This document shows positions 39,193-52,200 of a stretch of DNA of 64,000 bases, piece by piece; position 1 is the stretch's first letter, and each line of letters opens with the position of its first letter. Where the stretch lies: assembly GCA_050084985.1 (NCBI GenBank), contig JBITNC010000001.1, positions 147,188,001 to 147,252,000 of the forward strand. Reading direction: 5' to 3'. Below the pieces are notes generated by a model. It had not been told where the DNA came from. It made no database searches and worked only from the letters and a program-made list of their open reading frames with translations. The DNA comes from Nageia nagi. Its lineage: Eukaryota; Plantae; Pinophyta. Made by a program: the position numbers and the translations under genes.

Positions 39193-41830
39193 ATGTCTAA
39201 TCCACAAATGGCTAATAGATGGAGGACTAGTAGATATAAAGCTTTTGACTTCACTCAATGGAATCCACCAAATCAACTCCCTTATAGAATGGTAAAACAC
39301 CTACCTATATTTGAGGGGAATAATTTAGTGACTAGAGAGGAACATATCAAATTATTTATTCAAGCTCTAGACACATTTGATGTTGACCATGAGGATGTGA
39401 TACTTAAACTCTTTTATCATAGTCTGAGTAAAGATGTTATGGACTAGATACAAGATTCACCTACTTGTTTAGTATCTTCCTATAATATAACAAAGGAGTT
39501 GTTCTTATCCAAGTATGGGAAAAATAAGAATGAGTAGTTAATCCTAACTAAGTTAGAAACAATCAAGAAGAAAGAAAATGAATTAACCAATGAATTCAAT
39601 CAAATATTTCTTAAGATTGTAAATCAACTTCCCATTAAGACTAAGCCTAATAATGTATAAGCCATTATGTCTTACAAGAAATCCTTTCCTCTTGATATAA
39701 GATATGAGCTAAGAAATTAGAGAGCCTAGGATTTGCAAAAATACTTGAATGCATCATTAGAGATTTAGAAGAAAATGATAAGAGCTAGAAAATTGAAACC
39801 ATATTCCTTAGATCTTGTGGTAGAGAGAAAACCCAAGAAGAGTAAATTCACTCCTTCTCTTGCCTTAGAAAAACTTGAATCACCAAGAAAAATGTATAAA
39901 CAAGTTTTATACATACTCTCCAACATCAATAATAGTATTTCTTGAATAACAAAAGATAATTAATACTATCCTATTTATGAAATGCCTCATAATTTTGAGC
40001 AATGTGGTATCTATTTGTACCAAATGGTAGAGAAAGAGCAAGAAGTTTAAGAGCCTAAAGTAAACTATATTTATATTGTTGATGATGAGAATAGTGAACT
40101 GATCTTCCAAGAGGATATGGATATTGTTCAAAATTTTCTCATTTAGAATAGTATAAGTACTTATCTAAGTATCATAAAAATGAAGCAAGATTTACCAACA
40201 ATTTTTCTTCTTAAGAATAAGAAGGTGGTTACTAAACTAAAAGTTGATGTAAATGTATCTAAGATTAGAAATAGAGATATTCTAGAAAACCTAGTAAAGG
40301 AGAATCTTAAGAAATAATAAAAAATTCATGACATCACTGATAAAGGGGATAATATCCCTAGGCCTATTGCTCAATCTTCTTAAGTCCAAAAGGTAGAACC
40401 CTCACTAGTCTCTCAAGCCAAACCATTCAAAATAGATGAATATAATCCTAAATAAAATAAGATTAGGTAGACTAAGAAGAATTTGTTTGGTATTCAAAGT
40501 GTTATCATGAGGCTCGAAGTGTAAGTTCCTATAGAAGAGCTTATGAAAATTCTAGAATATAGAGAACCTTATAATAAAGTAGCAGTTGAATTTTAGCCTT
40601 AAGAGAGTATTCTAATAAATTGTGTTACTAATGCCTCAATTATAGCTTGTTATCATGGTCATGGTATTTATACCTTATGGCATTCCCTTGAAATACAAGA
40701 TGAATATTGGATAATTTTACAAGATGAACTCCCTAAATATATTCCCCTTGATGAAGACAAGATCATATTACAAGATAAACTCCTTGAGTATATTCCTCTT
40801 GAGGTCATAGTCCAACTTGACCATAATATTGAATATTTGTTAGCAATAGCTACTTTTGGAGGAGAACAACCAAACATTAATGAAATATTTATAAATGATA
40901 ATGAGATAATATCTATTTGTAATCCTTATATACTAGACAATATTGCATATTTGCAAGTTTTTGAAGATAATATTTAGATTAAGGATTTTATGCAAGTACA
41001 AGCTCAATTTAAAAATCTTGTCAATGATGAGGAGAGTGAAGAAATATTAGCTAATCATATTGATGTCCCTAAAGGAGTACTATAACTTAAAACCAATTTT
41101 ATCCCTAGAGGTTTTGTGAGCTTGGAGTCCCTTTTTTATGATTTTTAGAAAGCCTATGCTCATGCTGTGCAATAAGGTCAACTAGAATATGAAACTACTA
41201 ACATCAATGTTGGAACATCCAATGAAACTAAGAACCTAAAGGTCAATGCTAATATAGAATCAAAATGGATGGATATATACTCAAAACTCTTTGATAAAAA
41301 TAAGGATATCTTTTATTGAGACTACAATGAGCTCAAAAAATATTTATAGTAATATACTTACATTATTCTATTGGAAAAGGGGACAAGAAAATCACCATAT
41401 GGGCTAGTATATGCACAAGAAGCTTTACTCCCACCAAATACTAAATAAAGGGTACTTAAGCTCTTAGCTAAAGAGGAAGAATACTACAATATATTACAAC
41501 AAATATTAAATGATCAAATAGAGTTGCAAGAGACCAAAAAAAAGCTATTTATCATACTTATAGACAAAGCTCTAGAGACTGCAACATATTTTAGTAAGAA
41601 GATAGAAGGAAAACTAGTTGGATTACATAAGATAGTCCCTTGTTGGGAGCCAAGAAATAATTAGAATAGAAAGAAAGGAGAACATAAAACAAATTGGCTT
41701 TGGCATTATCATTTTTCTAAAATGATGGGATGTCATACCTATAAGTTGAGTAGTCTAGATAGTCATCAAATGCTATTGCCAATCAATGGCCAAAATCTCA
41801 AGAAGTACTATCCACCTAATCAACATGATT
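39193..41830 (+). pseudogene. gag / pre-RT / integrase C-terminus relic lacking RT, RNase H and the integrase core
   Basis: gag: LPIFEGNNLVTREEHIKLF..VDHEDVILKLFYHSL. Pre-RT: LQVFEDN..LKTNFIPRGFVSLESLF..NVGTSNETKNLKV..HIILLEKG, joined at ~41382 to TRKSPYGLVYAQEALLP..TYKLSSLD..LLPINGQNLKKYYP. Confidence 0.8.
40682..40803 (+). repeat. In-frame 51-bp tandem repeat (2-3 units) in the family-B interior
   Basis: 'ttacaagat.aactcc....tatattcc.cttga' occurs at 40717 and 40768. Confidence 0.7.
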
Positions 41831-42187
41831 AAGGTGTTCTTAATTCTCTATCTATGTACAAGTTTGTAAATATATGCTTACAATAAGATTGAATTATTTT
41901 GAAAACTATTTGTTTCCTTATAGGATAGAAAAAAGTGTTACCAATAGGAATTTTGCTCATGTTAGAGATAGTTATGGTTCTTAACTACCTCATTAATTTA
42001 ATAATTATCCCAAATAGCGCCTATGTTAGCACACCTATAAAGGTAGGCAAATTTTGCAAAAAATTTTATACATTTGCACCAAAAACATAGTCCAAATAGC
42101 TCTAGCAATGTTGTAAATTGTTTAAACTAGTTGTAGGTATCATCATATTATATTTTCTCCTTTAGAAAAAGGATCAAATTTTCTTGT

Positions 42188-42425
42188 CTACATAAGGAAG
42201 GGTTCCATTGCATAAGGTTTATCTTGATCATATAAGGCTCATTTTGATTGCATAAGGCTTATTTCCCTAATCACATAAGATTTTCTTCCTCCACATAAGG
42301 GTTATGTTATCTACATAAGCATCATTTTATCTACATAAGCCATATATCCTTTGCAAAGATATAATTAACTTATCTACATAAGATGCCTTTCATTCACATA
42401 AGCCCCAATTCTTCTATATAATACC
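42188..42425 (+). repeat. Same minisatellite in the family-B 3' LTR
   Basis: Repeated 'cataag' cores, colinear with 30830-31105. Confidence 0.8.
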
Positions 42426-44183
42426 TTCAGATTATTGTTGAAGAATAGAAAAATAGGGGAATGTATTGCAATTTGAAAAGCAAGGTTTTAAGAATAATAA
42501 TGGAGAAATAAGAAATATAGAGAAGGATGTACAAAGTTAAAATACCTTTCTATAATGAGAGAGTAAGTAAATTTGCATTCCAGATGCCCTGAGTTAGCAA
42601 AGTAGGTTTCAAAGTATGAAATTGAGCTAGAAGCATAAATTTCAAACTTTTAGAGTCAAATTTTGTATTATTTCAATCCCTAACACATGTTTTGGGATAA
42701 AAAATAATAATATGGAGTAAAATAATACTCATATATTTACAATTCAAAGGATGATTATATAAGCAAATGGATCTAGACTACAAAATTGATTCAAGAATAT
42801 GAAATTCATAATCTAGAGGAGCCAAGTTAGCAAATTAGGTTTTATATCACAAATTGAAGAAAATTTACTAACTCCACATGCATGGATAAGAGAATCCACA
42901 TTTTGAATGATGTGAAAGATAGTTCAAAATGCATTCTCCAGTGCATAGTAAATGAAATCTATACTCCAAAGAGTGCTGATATCATCAAGTTCATTCGCAC
43001 CCTAGAAATACAACAATACAAAGGAAAGTCATACTTTTAAGAGCACTAACATCACATGGTATCTCTAAAATATGAAAATATAAATATTACAAAAGATATA
43101 CATTCCAAAAAGGTATGATGTTAGGTTATCAAGTCCATAGCTTGAATTCACTCAAAGAAATACTCTATAGTATGAATTTCTCTAGAAGATGAATACATAC
43201 ACTACCTCTCTAGTCTTGCTATGTGTTCTTCTATATTTTAGAATTATTACTATCAAATCAAGACTTCAACTTCCAAATTATATCAAAGTCTACAAAGATC
43301 ATTTAAATTCCACTAGAGATCTCATAGAATAGAGAAGAATAAATTTCATCATAATAATGAAGAAATCAAAAGCTAGTATAAATACCAAATTCCATCAAAG
43401 ATCTGACAGAGCAAAGCAAACCCACTTCTATTGGAAAAGAAATTAAAAATCTTTGCTTTTATTTAGCATAAGTCTTGCTAGTGGTGGTTAATCATACATA
43501 ATGGTGAAACATAGTCAAATTAACCATCTAAATGTTCTAATTATGAGATTTAGTTTTGGCTATCTAGATTGAAATATGCCTAAATAATTATTCCAAAATA
43601 GTGTATTTTCCTCTATTTTTTATTTTGCTAGGTGCTTCCAAATTTGGATACATACATATAGAATCCTTAATAAAAGATGATACCAAATTAGAGTACAAAC
43701 ACAAGTCAAGGTACCATAAATAGTTTTCCAATCTATGGTAAACTAATTAGTGATGTGGACAATAGGAGAAGGATGACTCATATGACCAAATTGAATCTCT
43801 ATATCTCTTGAAGATTTTATTTAAATTTCTAAACCAAATCAGGATCATCTAGGTTATGTAATCAAAAAAATCATTCTAGAGTTAAAATACCTTTTTAGAG
43901 TGAAAAAGCAAGTGAATTTAGAGTATGGAATTGAGTCAAAAATATGGAATCTACATAGATGACATCATCATCCTCTACATTTTAAAAGATAGTTTAAAAT
44001 GCACTCTCCATTTCAAAGCAAAGTCCACATTTTAAAGAGAACTTATGTCATCTTATTCTTTTGTAATGCATATTTTTTAGAAAACACTATGGAATAATCC
44101 TTTTAGCATGATTTTAATATAGATTACTTCAAGAAAAATGTAGATTCAATCCAAATTCAAAGTGTCAATCCAAAAAAGTTACC

Positions 44184-44767
44184 TATTAGCAAAATAAAAA
44201 ATACACATTAAATACCAATATGTATTTTATTACTCTCTCAAGTGACCTTAAATGCTACAAAATGAATCTCTAGATTTGCCACTTTGCTTGAAAGGCTTTT
44301 ACAAAATTGGTGTTTTTGAGCCTCCTTGAATTTTTATGGAGTCATCAATGATAAGGATGTAGTCACTAGCATCTAGCTTGAATTGTTGGCATCCAAGATC
44401 AATCACTAGTATTTCTAATGCTAGAGCTTGATTTTGATGAATCATCTCTTCTACTTTGCTTTAGCTTAGATTCTTGATTTTTGGTTCTTTCCATAATGTA
44501 CCTTCAATATTTACTACCTTAGCACCTATGGACTATGAACACATGTTAAAATAACATATCAAACATTCCTACTCATCTAAAATATATCATAAAATATTTC
44601 ATTAACACATATGAATAAGTGTCTAATCAAAATAATCAACTCCACACAATATCTAAATGAATTTTAGTAGATTAATATTACTTTGAATTTAGGTCTTTTT
44701 CTCCATTGTTGAAGGTTTTATTTATAGCCTTTTGAGTTTGCTAAATTTTTAATTTTGGGTGCTAACA
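44184..44767. mobile_element. Short LTR-like segment with TATTAGCA...TGCTAACA termini
   Basis: Inverted TG(T)TAGCA ends are present and the family-B 3' LTR similarity stops here. No convincing TSD. Confidence 0.35.
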
Positions 44768-47633
44768 ACTTGTTTCAAGAACTCATCCAAATCTAGAATA
44801 AACATGATTTTGTACACATCATTACAAAATAACCATAACTTTCTCAAAATTTAATAATTTTGAGGAGAAAATTAGTTCAAGTGTGTCATCTATTTTTAGC
44901 CTAGCTAAGTATTAGGTCATCGGTGATTGGGTATCAAATGTTGGTGATTCATTTGATTCATCAATAACTATTATTGATTATGAGCAATTGGTAATTTAGT
45001 ATAACTTTTATAATAAATGTTAATTTTTATTCTCTTTTCATTCAAATTTTGAATGAGGGTCATTTTTAAGTTTCTACATTTTTCCTCTTTTTGGATTAGC
45101 TACTAGAGATAGTAGGAGAGAATTCAAAAAATTTCCCTTGTTTTGAAAAGGTGGGCATGTTCAAGTTCCCTAACTTGGATATTCGACTCTTGGGTTGATG
45201 TATAAAGTTAACTTAATCTCTTGAATAAATCAAAATTTGATTAATCAAATCATGATTAAATCATATTATTATATTTTTCACTTGATACATTTTGGAAATA
45301 ATTTTGATGTATACCAAAATATTACTTGTATCAATCTCCATACTAGGTGTTGTTTGTGGTAGTTATGTGATGATACTCATAGTTTGTCTTCACATATTAA
45401 AGTGATTATGTGATGATAATCTTATTTTTGTGCATACAGTCAAGTTGTTTTTACTAAAGGTTTTCCTAATAGTGAGGTTAAATGATGATCTTGCACAAAA
45501 GATCATTCCATATGTTTAAGTGATGTTCAATTTTTTGAAGTTTGAAGTATTTGTGAGATTAATCTTTTTAGACATTTACTTTGTAATCATTTTAACAAGT
45601 TGGGAGCTTTTTTTTAAATTTTATTTACTTTTTTAATCTTGAGGATTATATTTAAGTGTCAAATATAGGGTTTTGGTGCTTATATATACATATTTATGCA
45701 TATATATTTTTTGGGATTATCTTCCCTAGAATGTATTACTAAAATAAAAAGAAGGCTTATGATTTTCTATTTTTTACTTTTGTTTGACATTTTTTGAAAA
45801 TATTTATTATTTATTATCTTTTTCATTCATTTTAATAAACTAAAAACCATGATTTTTAGTTTATTATGGGCTTATTTGTGACATATAATGATGGTGTGGC
45901 ATCTCTCTAGATAGTGTAGATAACAAAAATAATGTTTAGTACCTAATAATTAGGCTATTTGAAGATCTTATTTTTTTGTGATTATATATTTTAAGAAACT
46001 TGGAACCTATTTTTGCTAATTAGCAGGATTGCTTCGATGTACCACATAGCAATGTTATGGTGTATCTTACGATTAAACTACTATTTTGATATTTTATTTT
46101 TTTTACTTATCGGGAGGAGGGTTTTGGTTTATTTTATGTATATATCTATACATATGTATTTATTAGGTGCCTTTCCTTAGACTCATTACCAGGATACTAG
46201 AAGGAGGGATTACAAATTATATATATTATATATATATGTAGTGATGCTCACCAACATTTAGATTCAATCATTAGCGATTCATACTAATCACCAATGTTCA
46301 ACCTTAAATCATCAACATCATTTTCTCATTTGTTCTTGGTGATTGGTTAGGGTTCCTTTTATTTTCTTATCCTCCTTTTCTATGGTTGACCGATACTTTT
46401 AGATCCCTATCATATTCAGTGGAATAGGATGCTACCAAGAAGGAGACCAATTGTTCAAATGAGGCCAATCTGACAGGAGGTAGGGTTTTTTAAAATTCCT
46501 TTTTTTTTTTATTTTTGCTTAATAGGTTAATTTTAAAGCTTAATTTAAAAAATAAAAAATTATAGGAGTTAATATTTTTACATTTAAGCATTTTTCAACC
46601 ATTTATTTTTTTATTTTAGCTTAATTTTAAGTGTTTTTATAAATTTTAAAAATTTTGATCATGATCACCAGCTAGAGTAGAAGGGCTATAGAATCACTGG
46701 CATTTGGCTAGCAGATGTTGATGACTCTGCAACTTGGTTTCCTAGTCACTAACATTTACCCGTAGTGTAAATTTTTATTTTTTCAAACTTAGCCTAGTTG
46801 CATTTCTTTCTAGGTTTAGGATGTCTTTGGGCCTAATATATGTAACCCCACCACTCTGTAGTAGGGACATTCATTTCTTACTACTATAGACCAAACCTTC
46901 TTTCAAAGTGTGGGTTTTAGTACTAGACACTACATGGGTCATATCCATTGGGAGTAGCTCCTCTTGGCTACCTTACTTCAAAGATGGAACTCCACCACTT
47001 CGACTTTTTATCTCTTGATAGGAGAGATGATCATCATAATGGAGGAAATTCACCTCTTATACCACTTACCTATTCATGGTAGACATATTCAACATAGAGT
47101 TGATAGATATGATGTCTTGCTAGCTATTGCTTATTTGTATGGAGCCAATAGGATAGACACAATCATCTCTAAGATTTTTGGGAGTGATTAGGTACTCCTA
47201 GTATTAGACGGATGACTAGTAGGGTAGCATCAAGTTCTCATTCCTAAAGAGCATGATTTAGTATTATGCCGTACCAGATACTGGTAGTGGGAGGTTTCCA
47301 TGATCATTATTACCTATTGTAATATATATAATTCAACATGGTACAATATATACTTAGGTGCCTACCTTGTTCATGTAGTGTTATAAAGAGTTGGTATTTT
47401 ATTCATAGGGTCACAAAGCTTCATTTTTGGTGAGGATTACTCTTCAAGCTTGGGAATATGAATATATCACAGTGGCTTGTCCTCTTAGATTTCCTTTCCC
47501 TAGTTTTTCCAACCATATAGATTATGCTATTAGCATTATGAGGTGGTGAGAGGACTTCTATATTCATCTGATAGATGGAGTACATAGGGATATTTATTTC
47601 TATCACATTATGCTTACTTGTTTGGTACATTAT

Positions 47634-50600
47634 TATCAGGACCCACCTCAAGACACTATTTGATCTTGATTACCATTAAGGATTTAGATGGATAATGTAT
47701 GGAATAATGCTATGGTGATTATAAATTTGATAAAGAAACATATATTATTTATGACAATTCAATGTTGGCTTTAAGGCTTTAATGATGCAAGTAATAGGTC
47801 ACTTCAAAAAGAAAGTGCAATCAAAAGTCCTCAAGGACCAAAGGTGAATTGGTGATGGGAATGGAGGGGTAAGAAGGAGGAAATTGTTAGCATTGGATCA
47901 TTGACAAACCCTATGACCATCATATATCATGTAGTTTCATATTAAAATAATTGCTATGATTATCGATTTCTTTATTGAAGTGTGTTTACAAATGTGTGTT
48001 GACTAATAATCTTGCCCTCTAGGACAAGGTGATCATCGTAAGTAAAGGTGTGTTCTACTTGTTGTGTATTTTTTAATTTTAAATTTGAAAGTAGAGAGAA
48101 AAATAATATACCTTATTTAAATTTGAAAATTTACATAAGGTTAGAAAAATAAAATTATATGGGGTAAAGTTAAAAATAAGTGCCTACACTATTACCACAT
48201 GGGGCTAATAGTGGAAATACTACTGAAGAGGAATCTAATATTGAAAGATATTTTGGCATTATTGGAGTATGGCATATATATTTTATTTAAATGTATGAAG
48301 TGGAAAAAAAAAATAGTTCTAATAGTGTTCAAATAGTAACCTAGTCTAACCTAGGTTTAAATGCTTCCAAATATTATTTGGCATGATAATGGCCACTTTA
48401 GAATTTAAAATTTATTATTTTTATCTCTAACCCTTTAGTGAAGTTAAAGTGGTAATAGGAAATAATTTGGCTATTTTCTTACCCTTAAGGCTATAAATAT
48501 GAGAGGAACCCTATAGTAAAAATTACCTTAAGTAAGTAAGAAAGTAATTTCATTTACAAGTTTAAGCCCATGGAGAAAAAGGAATCTTTCTCTCTCCCTC
48601 CAAGATTAGGTGCACTTCCCTTACATAGTTCGACTAAAATTGCTAGTAAATAAGTGTGTTATAAGGATAACAATGTTGAAAATAGGTTTATGAAATGTCA
48701 AGAATAGCTTCAATTACTAAGAGGACATGTTTATTTTGGAGAGTATGGTATCATTTCATTCTTTACAATATTTTATTACAACTTTATGCTAAAAATATAT
48801 GTCAAAAAAAATTTCTTTAGATGGAATTGAATGGTTTGAAAATAGACAAATTGACCACTAGTTCATTTGGCTCCACTCCCATGTATGTGTGTTTCCATAA
48901 AATGGAAAACCAAGGTAGTGTAATACACCTATGTTTGGACTTCACTCCCTCTGTATATGTGTTTATATCTCTCATGATTCATTTTTGTCTATGTTATCGA
49001 CATGGAACCTGCTGGCAAATAATCTAGAGTTTATTTCTAGAAACTCTTCCTATCTAACTAGTATTGTACCCCATGATATTGTATTTCAATAGGAATTCTA
49101 CTTCACAAGTCATGAAGCCTCCTTCTCTTTGTGCATAGTCCCTGAAAACTTTGTTAGCATGTGTATATCAATAATTCCTAGGCCCCATATCTTGCAAATG
49201 AAACAAGGCTCTCCTAGTAATACTATTAATGTAAAGCCATGATCAACTACTCTTGATGGGTCACCATACCATCTTCCAAATCCCCCATGAAAGCCCATGT
49301 TAGAAAAATTTTATGAATCTAAACATTTTGTGATACTCCTATGACCAATACAAAATTAATCTCATTCTTCCATTATTGTTTCATCATACTTTCCCTTCGC
49401 ACACATCGATAGACACTGGAAAAGATTATTGAGTGTGACAATGCATCTTGGGTATCAAATTAGGGATGCCTTTTGGGAATTAAACCTTTCAAATAGTTTC
49501 TTAATGTCTAACATCCATGGCTAGGGCATAAATTGGATGAAATCTACCTGACATAGTGATAAACAAGTCGTACTTCCTCATAACATCTCATTTTTCATCC
49601 AACACCTTATTTTATATTATTTTTGAATATTTCAAATTAATAAATAAAGGTTTCTAAAGGAAATAGTTATTTAATGAGTTAAAAGGAAAGTAAAATATAT
49701 AATTGGAGATTTAATTGATTTAATAAGTACAAATTCTATAAGAATACTATAAAGTCCATTAATACTTGGAAGAAATGAATTCAAGACCTTTGTATGAGGT
49801 AATAGTAATAATAATGAGATAAATGGAATTTGGACATTGGGAATTACATTATGAAGTATTAATTTGTTTGAATAACGTATAAAATGGGAGGTAATAATAT
49901 AAAACGATATGGTCAAGGACATAAGGTTATCTTAAATTCTTCATGAGGTCAATAATGAAGGATCAAATATATAAATACATATTGCATGCATAATGATAAA
50001 AAAGAATTAGGGATGTCTTGATCCTCCTTCCTCCTAGTACTTGATCTAGTCACTATGGTCTATGGAGATTATGAACGATCAAGATACAAAAGGTATGGAT
50101 GAAGTTGAATTACTAATCCATTGGATATGAGATGATATGAATTGTTAAAGACTGCCAACTAAAGATTAAATGGGTTGCACTTCTTTTATAATTAAAGTTA
50201 TAATATATTATTCCTCTTTGTAATTGTTGTAATAATTTATGGAAGCTTTTAGATGGTTTATATAACTTAGTGGTTTATTGTAGTACACGACATTATATTA
50301 GATGCTTTCTCTCATGGATGGATTACTAAACTTTATTATTTGTATTAATAGGGTTGTATGACCCTTTTATAATTATTTAATGTTCTTGTAGAGTTTGGAA
50401 TGATCAATGAAGGTAGTTTACTCATGAAATAATTGAATTTGTGTTAAATGAATTGTTTTTTGTTTAAGCAAATTATTGGATGAAATGTTAGCATTATGAT
50501 TTAATAAGTTTCCTTTAAATACAAATAAGTTATGAATGACATCATTCTTGTTTAGTACTTAGAAAATTATATAATGTGAATGAGTAAGAGTAGCTATTAC

Positions 50601-52200
50601 CATCTTACTTACATGCAAATAATTATGAATTAAGTATAAAAACTAGTTTAATTAAATAAGATTAGTGGTTATTAAAAATTAATAAAGGTCAATAAATGCA
50701 AATGTAATTACCAATGCTCCTAAACATAGTAGATCAATAAGGTCACTAACCCTAAAAAACCCTATATTATCCCAACCAATTAATTATTTTCCCAAGAGAA
50801 AGATATATTTTCAAAATTATGTTTGGGTCCATATGGGAATAAGTAGGGATCATTGGGATCAAAATGGAAATGAATGGGATTAAATGGGAACTCATGGGAT
50901 AGTTTTGGGTCCCATCGGAAGTAAAATTGGGAAATGTGGATAGACAAGCAAGTTGAGAACCTAGTGTAGACCTAGACAAAACATTGGATCCTATTTAATC
51001 AAATAAGTCAAACCAATAATAGTAAATTAGTTCACAAGGAACTTCTAGGGAATCTACCAACCAAAAAGGAACCTTTGGATGGATTTTAATAATGCAATAA
51101 AATGGTGGAGAACCTTCATCAAATGAACCTATAATGCAAAATGATAAGTTGAAAGAATATTATTTATGTGAGGACCACTTCATGCCACATTTCCTTTGTA
51201 GAAATAACAGGAAACACCCTACTTCATGACTTGTTTCTTTACCAATGCATGTGAACTCTTAAAAATTAGATCCATATATATTATATGATATGTATGGGAT
51301 AATTAGGATAATGTGACTTCCCATGTAAGCCTACATTTGAGACTTCCTATGTATGCCTCTTGAGCACAAATGAATAGTGTTAATCCCTAGAATAGAATTT
51401 GGTCTACATTATGATCAATTATTATGCATGGTGTCTTGTACCCTCATCATTGTTTGGGATCATTATTCAAAGTTATTAGGTCATATATGGTTTCTATTTT
51501 TTAACATATTTAATAATAAATTAAACTAAATAGCCACTTAAGGGTATTGTTTAATACTAGCTCCCCAAGTTATGGCACGAGGACATCAAACCACATGGTG
51601 GGTTTAGCTGATAGTTATGGGTAGGCTAGTGACTCATATCTTCTGATAGGTGTGTCAAGTGGGGATAGCAATCAAAAAATATATAGTTACTAGGTGAGAG
51701 TAACTAGTAGTCATACCACTTATAGCTAGCAGATAGGGCTATGATAATTATTCCATAGGCAATGCTACCCACTCATATGGCAATTTTCTTAGGATAAGCT
51801 ATCTACTTATATGAGATGGAGAGTTATCATCAAGTAATGATGTTACCTTATTGGAAGTGTGATCTCTCGAGTGGTATGAGCCTTGAGTAGAAAACCACTA
51901 TGTTGTGACTAATAAGCCTATTGCACATGTGGCATGGAATAGGAATGGTGGAGTAACCTTTGAGGTGTCTTATCAACATGGTGAGCATTGAGAAGTGAAC
52001 ACTAGAAAAATTGATTAGGGTTGATTATCTTGATACTTAAAAAATATTTCCATGTGAGTACTAAACTAGCTAGCAGCATTAATCAGCTCATATGGGATCG
52101 CTTGGTCCATTCCTAGAACATTCAAGTGTTAAAGTAAGTAAAAAAAGTTAGGTCAAAAATTTAGGGTTTTTAATTGATGGGAATAGGGGGATGCATTACA
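47634..52200 (+). mobile_element. Solo LTR of the Tekay family (A) carrying a PPR fragment
   Basis: Reverse complement of the family-A LTRs: TATCAGGACCCACCTCAAG...GGATGCATTACA. The TSD is ATTAT/AGTAT (47629-33; 52201-05). TATAAATA is at 48492-48499. PMD coding resumes after it. Confidence 0.87.
48830..49610 (-). pseudogene. Degraded PLS-class PPR fragment inside the LTR
   Basis: The minus strand (with frameshifts) reads KIFLTWAFMGDLEDGMVTHQ-RVVDHGFTLIV..SLVSFARYG..ELL..HANKVF..DYAQ (cf. ILPACAKMGALEQGMEIHQRVVESGFSSD..ALIDMYAKCG..ARELFDKMHDANVVSW..GYAQ). DNA 'catcaagagtagttga' parallels 'catccaagagtagttga' at ~23977. Confidence 0.72.

Larger units (their letters stand above)
30658..44175 (+). 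mobile_element. Non-chromovirus Ty3/Gypsy (Athila/Tat-type, family B) internal-deletion derivative
   Basis: The 5' LTR at 30658-~38826 (split by the solo LTR 31184-35792) matches the 3' LTR starting TGTTAGCACACC at 42024 (traceable to ~44175). A decayed PBS 'tttcagcattcttactgggga' (cf. ttggcgccgttgccgggga) is at 38831-38851. Gag and integrase C-terminal relics are present. Confidence 0.82.

Noticed and set aside
49110-49298. ORF 49110..49298 (and 23976..24287) as novel small genes
   Set aside because: They are out-of-frame or antisense readings of decayed PPR sequence.
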